From an uncultured delta proteobacterium (GTDB lineage Bacteria > Myxococcota > Myxococcia > Myxococcales > Myxococcaceae), in NCBI GenBank assembly GCA_963776345.1, contig CAVZMH010000016.1:480001-544000 (forward strand): DNA of 64,000 nt. Reading direction: 5' to 3'. A program made the translations under genes and the position numbers. The notes beneath the pieces are model-generated. The model saw nothing but the letters and a program-made list of their open reading frames with translations, was not told the DNA's origin and searched no databases. Below are positions 61,418-64,000 of the stretch, in pieces (position 1 is the first letter of the stretch; each line of letters begins with the position of its first letter).

Positions 61418-62047
61418 TCAGCTCCCTGCCCGCTCGACGGCCAGGGACTCGACGGTCGCCGCGAGGTCGTCTGCCTGGGTCCGGACGGACGCCGGGACCC
61501 CGCGGCACACCCGGAGCTCCTCGGCGAGACGGCGGGCGGTGCGTGCGAGCTGACCCAGGCGCACCTCCACCGGCGCAGCCTCGGGGGCCGGGCGGGGGAA
61601 GCGCTCGCTCAGCTCGCGTCGCACCGCGGCGACGGGCCGTTCGGGGTCCCAGATCGAGTCGCGGATGCTCCGGTACTCCTCGGCGTCGAGCGCCCCGCGC
61701 TCCTCGGCCTCGGCGAGGACCTCGACCACCTCGAAGGCCGGCGCGGGGCTCGCCTCCGGCGCGTCGGGGCGCCAGCCGCGCTCGTGCCGGTCCAGGAAGC
61801 TCCACGAGCGCGTGAGCTTCAACGCGGTGGCCTTGCGGATCCGGAGCTCCTTGCTGCAGTAGGCCTCGAAGCTCCCGAAGCCCCACCCCTCCCACAGCGC
61901 CTCATCCCGCACCCGGGTCAGCACCTTCGCCAGCCCGGTCCAGGAGGCCTTGAAGGTGCGGGCCGCGCGCAGGACCTCCTCCCGGAACCCATCGGCAGGT
62001 CCCGGCTCGGCGCCCGCCGAGACGTCGATGATCGGCGCCCGCGCCAT
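61418..62047 (-). CDS. Conserved hypothetical helical protein, possibly DNA-binding
   Basis: C-terminal part of the 61418..63661 ORF (FKASW..LAKVL...[14 protein letters not shown]). TGATG overlap with the upstream gene. Confidence 0.75.
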   Translation of the reverse strand: MARAPIIDVSAGAEPGPADGFREEVLRAARTFKASWTGLAKVLTRVRDEALWEGWGFGSFEAYCSKELRIRKATALKLTRSWSFLDRHERGWRPDAPEASPAPAFEVVEVLAEAEERGALDAEEYRSIRDSIWDPERPVAAVRRELSERFPRPAPEAAPVEVRLGQLARTARRLAEELRVCRGVPASVRTQADDLAATVESLAVERAGS

Positions 62048-62925
62048 CAGCCCGCGCCTCGCCCGATGGTGAACGACAGTCCCACCGTGGCCTGCTGGCC
62101 CTCGTACGGCCGGAAGGGCCAGCGCTGCAGCTCCCGGAGGAGGCATTCTTGCAGGGCGCTTTCGGCGAAGCGCGGGTGGTCCACCCACAGCTTCTTCACC
62201 TGGCCGTCGTTGCCGATGACGAACTCGATGGGGATGCGCTCGGAAAGCCCCGGCGATCGCCTCGCCTCCTCGGCGAAGCAGGGGTACAGCGTGCGCTGCC
62301 GCTGGGCGATGACGCTCTGGATCGCCCCGCGGTCGAACCTGGCCTCGACGCTCACGTCGTCCGGATCGTTCTCCGGGGCCCCGGGTCCCGCCTTGCCACC
62401 CAGGCCGGCGGGCCTGGTCCCCGTCCCCGTCGGGCGCTTCCCGCCCCTGTCCAGCGGGTAGTCGAGCATCTCGTCCTGCTGCTTGCGCGCCCGGGCGAGG
62501 CGAATGACCGGAGGCTCGACGGCGATCGCCGCCTCCTCGGCCCGGGCGGCGTCGAAGGTGCCGTGCACCGCCATGTACCGGGCCACCGCGCCCGCCGCCC
62601 CGGCGACCACCAGCGCCACCGCGGCGAGGATGCCCAGGCGCACATTCCGCTGGCGCCTGGCCCGGTCGTGCACCCGGCGCTCGAGCGCGTCCACCCGCCA
62701 CTTGGCCTCGGCCTTGGCGAGGTGGACCCGGAGCGCCTCCACCTGGGTGATGCGCTCGAAGTCCTCGCCCACCAGGGCGATCTCGGTCTGGCCGTTGATG
62801 TCGCCCGCGTACAGCCGGTCCAGCAGCTGCCGGCCCTGGACCGGGCCGAGCACCAGCTCGCCCTTGCGGTACAACCACTCTCCCCCGAGCGGCTGCTCGG
62901 CGTGTTCGGCGTCGCGCGAGTCCAT
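62047..62925 (-). CDS. GYF-like domain + single TM + TonB-C/AgmX-type C-terminal domain protein (GltJ/GltG-like)
   Basis: WLYRKGELVLGPV N-terminus, one TM segment, and a C-terminal LYPCF...FVIGNDGQV...CL...WPF...LSF. Confidence 0.8.
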   Translation of the reverse strand: MDSRDAEHAEQPLGGEWLYRKGELVLGPVQGRQLLDRLYAGDINGQTEIALVGEDFERITQVEALRVHLAKAEAKWRVDALERRVHDRARRQRNVRLGILAAVALVVAGAAGAVARYMAVHGTFDAARAEEAAIAVEPPVIRLARARKQQDEMLDYPLDRGGKRPTGTGTRPAGLGGKAGPGAPENDPDDVSVEARFDRGAIQSVIAQRQRTLYPCFAEEARRSPGLSERIPIEFVIGNDGQVKKLWVDHPRFAESALQECLLRELQRWPFRPYEGQQATVGLSFTIGRGAG

Positions 62926-62964
62926 GGCTCAGGAGCCCGGGTAGTCTACCCTGCCGGCGGTCAC

Positions 62965-63777
62965 GTGAGGCGACGGCGTCTGGCGCTGTGGGTGTGGTAC
63001 CGGGGCGACCGGTTCCTGGGCTGGCAGTCCCAGCGGACCGGCCTCTCGGTGCAGGAGACGCTGGAGGCGGCGCTCGTCGCCCGCGGGGTGTCCGGTCGTC
63101 CGATGGCCGCCGGGCGCACCGACCGCGGCGTTCACGCCCGCTGCCAGCCGGTGAGCGTGCGCGTCCCCCCGGAGATGCCGCCCGGTGGGCTCCTGCAGCT
63201 CGGGGGCGAGGGATGGGGCGTGGCCGCCGCGGTGCCCGCGCCCGACGGATTCCACGCGCAGTGGTCGAGCGCATCGAAGGAGTACCGCTACCGGCTCGCC
63301 ACCGGCCCCGTGCCCGCGCGCTGGAGTGGCCTGGTGTGGGAGACGAGGACGCACCCGCGGCTCGCGGGGAGAACGGTCGAGCTCTCGCGAGTCCGCCAGG
63401 CGCTGGAGCGCGCGGTCGGTACGCGCGACTTCTCGGCGCTGCACGCGGCCTCGAGCGTGCGCCGGCCGAGGACACTCCAGGTCGTGTCCTGGGTGGAGCG
63501 CGGAGGCGTGGTGGAGGTCGGCCTGCGCGGGGACGCGTTCGGCCGCTACGGCGTGCGCCTGCTGGTGGGCGGCGCGGTGCTGGTGGGGGCGGGGCTGGTG
63601 GAGCAGTCAACGTGGGAGCGCGCGCTCGACACTGCGACCGCGTTCGAGGGGCTCCGCGCACCGGCGGCCGGGCTCACGCTCTGGTCCGTGCGCTACCCGG
63701 AGCGGCTCGATCCGTTCGCCGCCGTGACGCCGCGGCTACCCGGAGGGCCACCCTTCGTGCTCCTGGATCAGGCCTGA
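62965..63777 (+). CDS. TruA-like tRNA pseudouridine synthase (divergent)
   Basis: YRGDRFLGWQ, AGRTDRGVHA, FHAQ, KEYRY and APAAGLTL. Start at GTG 62965. Confidence 0.88.
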   Translation: MRRRRLALWVWYRGDRFLGWQSQRTGLSVQETLEAALVARGVSGRPMAAGRTDRGVHARCQPVSVRVPPEMPPGGLLQLGGEGWGVAAAVPAPDGFHAQWSSASKEYRYRLATGPVPARWSGLVWETRTHPRLAGRTVELSRVRQALERAVGTRDFSALHAASSVRRPRTLQVVSWVERGGVVEVGLRGDAFGRYGVRLLVGGAVLVGAGLVEQSTWERALDTATAFEGLRAPAAGLTLWSVRYPERLDPFAAVTPRLPGGPPFVLLDQA

Positions 63778-63962
63778 GGCGGCGCGCCGAACGGCACCGC
63801 CGGTGCGTTGTGCTTGGCGAGCACGTCGGCGATGGCCTCGCGCAAGTATTCGCTCTGGCGGATGCGGGTGGTGCGCGAGAGGGACTTCAGGGCCTCCAGC
63901 CGGTCCCGGGTGAGCCGGAAGACGACCGAGGTGAGGCGGGGCGTTGGGTGGGAGATAGTCAT
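63768..63962 (-). CDS. Small ribbon-helix-helix DNA-binding protein (CdbA/CdbB-like)
   Basis: Strand TSVVFRL plus helices DRLEALKSLSRTT and QSEYLREAIADVLAKH. Confidence 0.8.
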   Translation of the reverse strand: MTISHPTPRLTSVVFRLTRDRLEALKSLSRTTRIRQSEYLREAIADVLAKHNAPAVPFGAPPQA

Positions 63963-64000
63963 ACCTTGATACACATCGTCCTACGTCCCGTGGCCCGGTC

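Overview
Very GC-rich, gene-dense chromosomal segment, most likely from a myxobacterium (Myxococcales-like). That assignment is inferred from gene content: a large TPR protein, a GYF/TonB-C Glt-like protein, an FHA-PAS hybrid kinase, a lidless Hsp70, a second ClpX and a PilY1/minor pilin cluster. About 50 genes are supportable. Most are housekeeping (tmk, pcm, recG, greA, carB, aspartate aminotransferase, coaD, rsmD, typA, rplC, rluD, selA, cmk, accA, dCMP deaminase, clpX, truA-like). No rRNA, tRNA, CRISPR array or transposase was seen. Most notable observations: (1) a 92-bp TA-flanked MITE-like element sitting in the centre of a CTAG palindrome; (2) a translationally coupled HEAT-repeat and degenerate HD-GYP pair sharing a paralogous N-terminal domain; (3) a MinD/FleN ATPase plus pseudo-J-domain/HTH plus small protein module; (4) a tandem ArsA/Get3 ATPase with reciprocally degenerate active sites; (5) a pilY1-fimU-pilV-pilW-pilX cluster with a candidate sigma54 promoter, whose PilY1 has a vWA domain split by a large Cys-rich insert; (6) rplC outside the S10 operon with a structured leader; (7) two single-base frameshifts that may be assembly errors. 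All calls come from reading motifs by eye. No database search was run, and several start codons are re-chosen best guesses.
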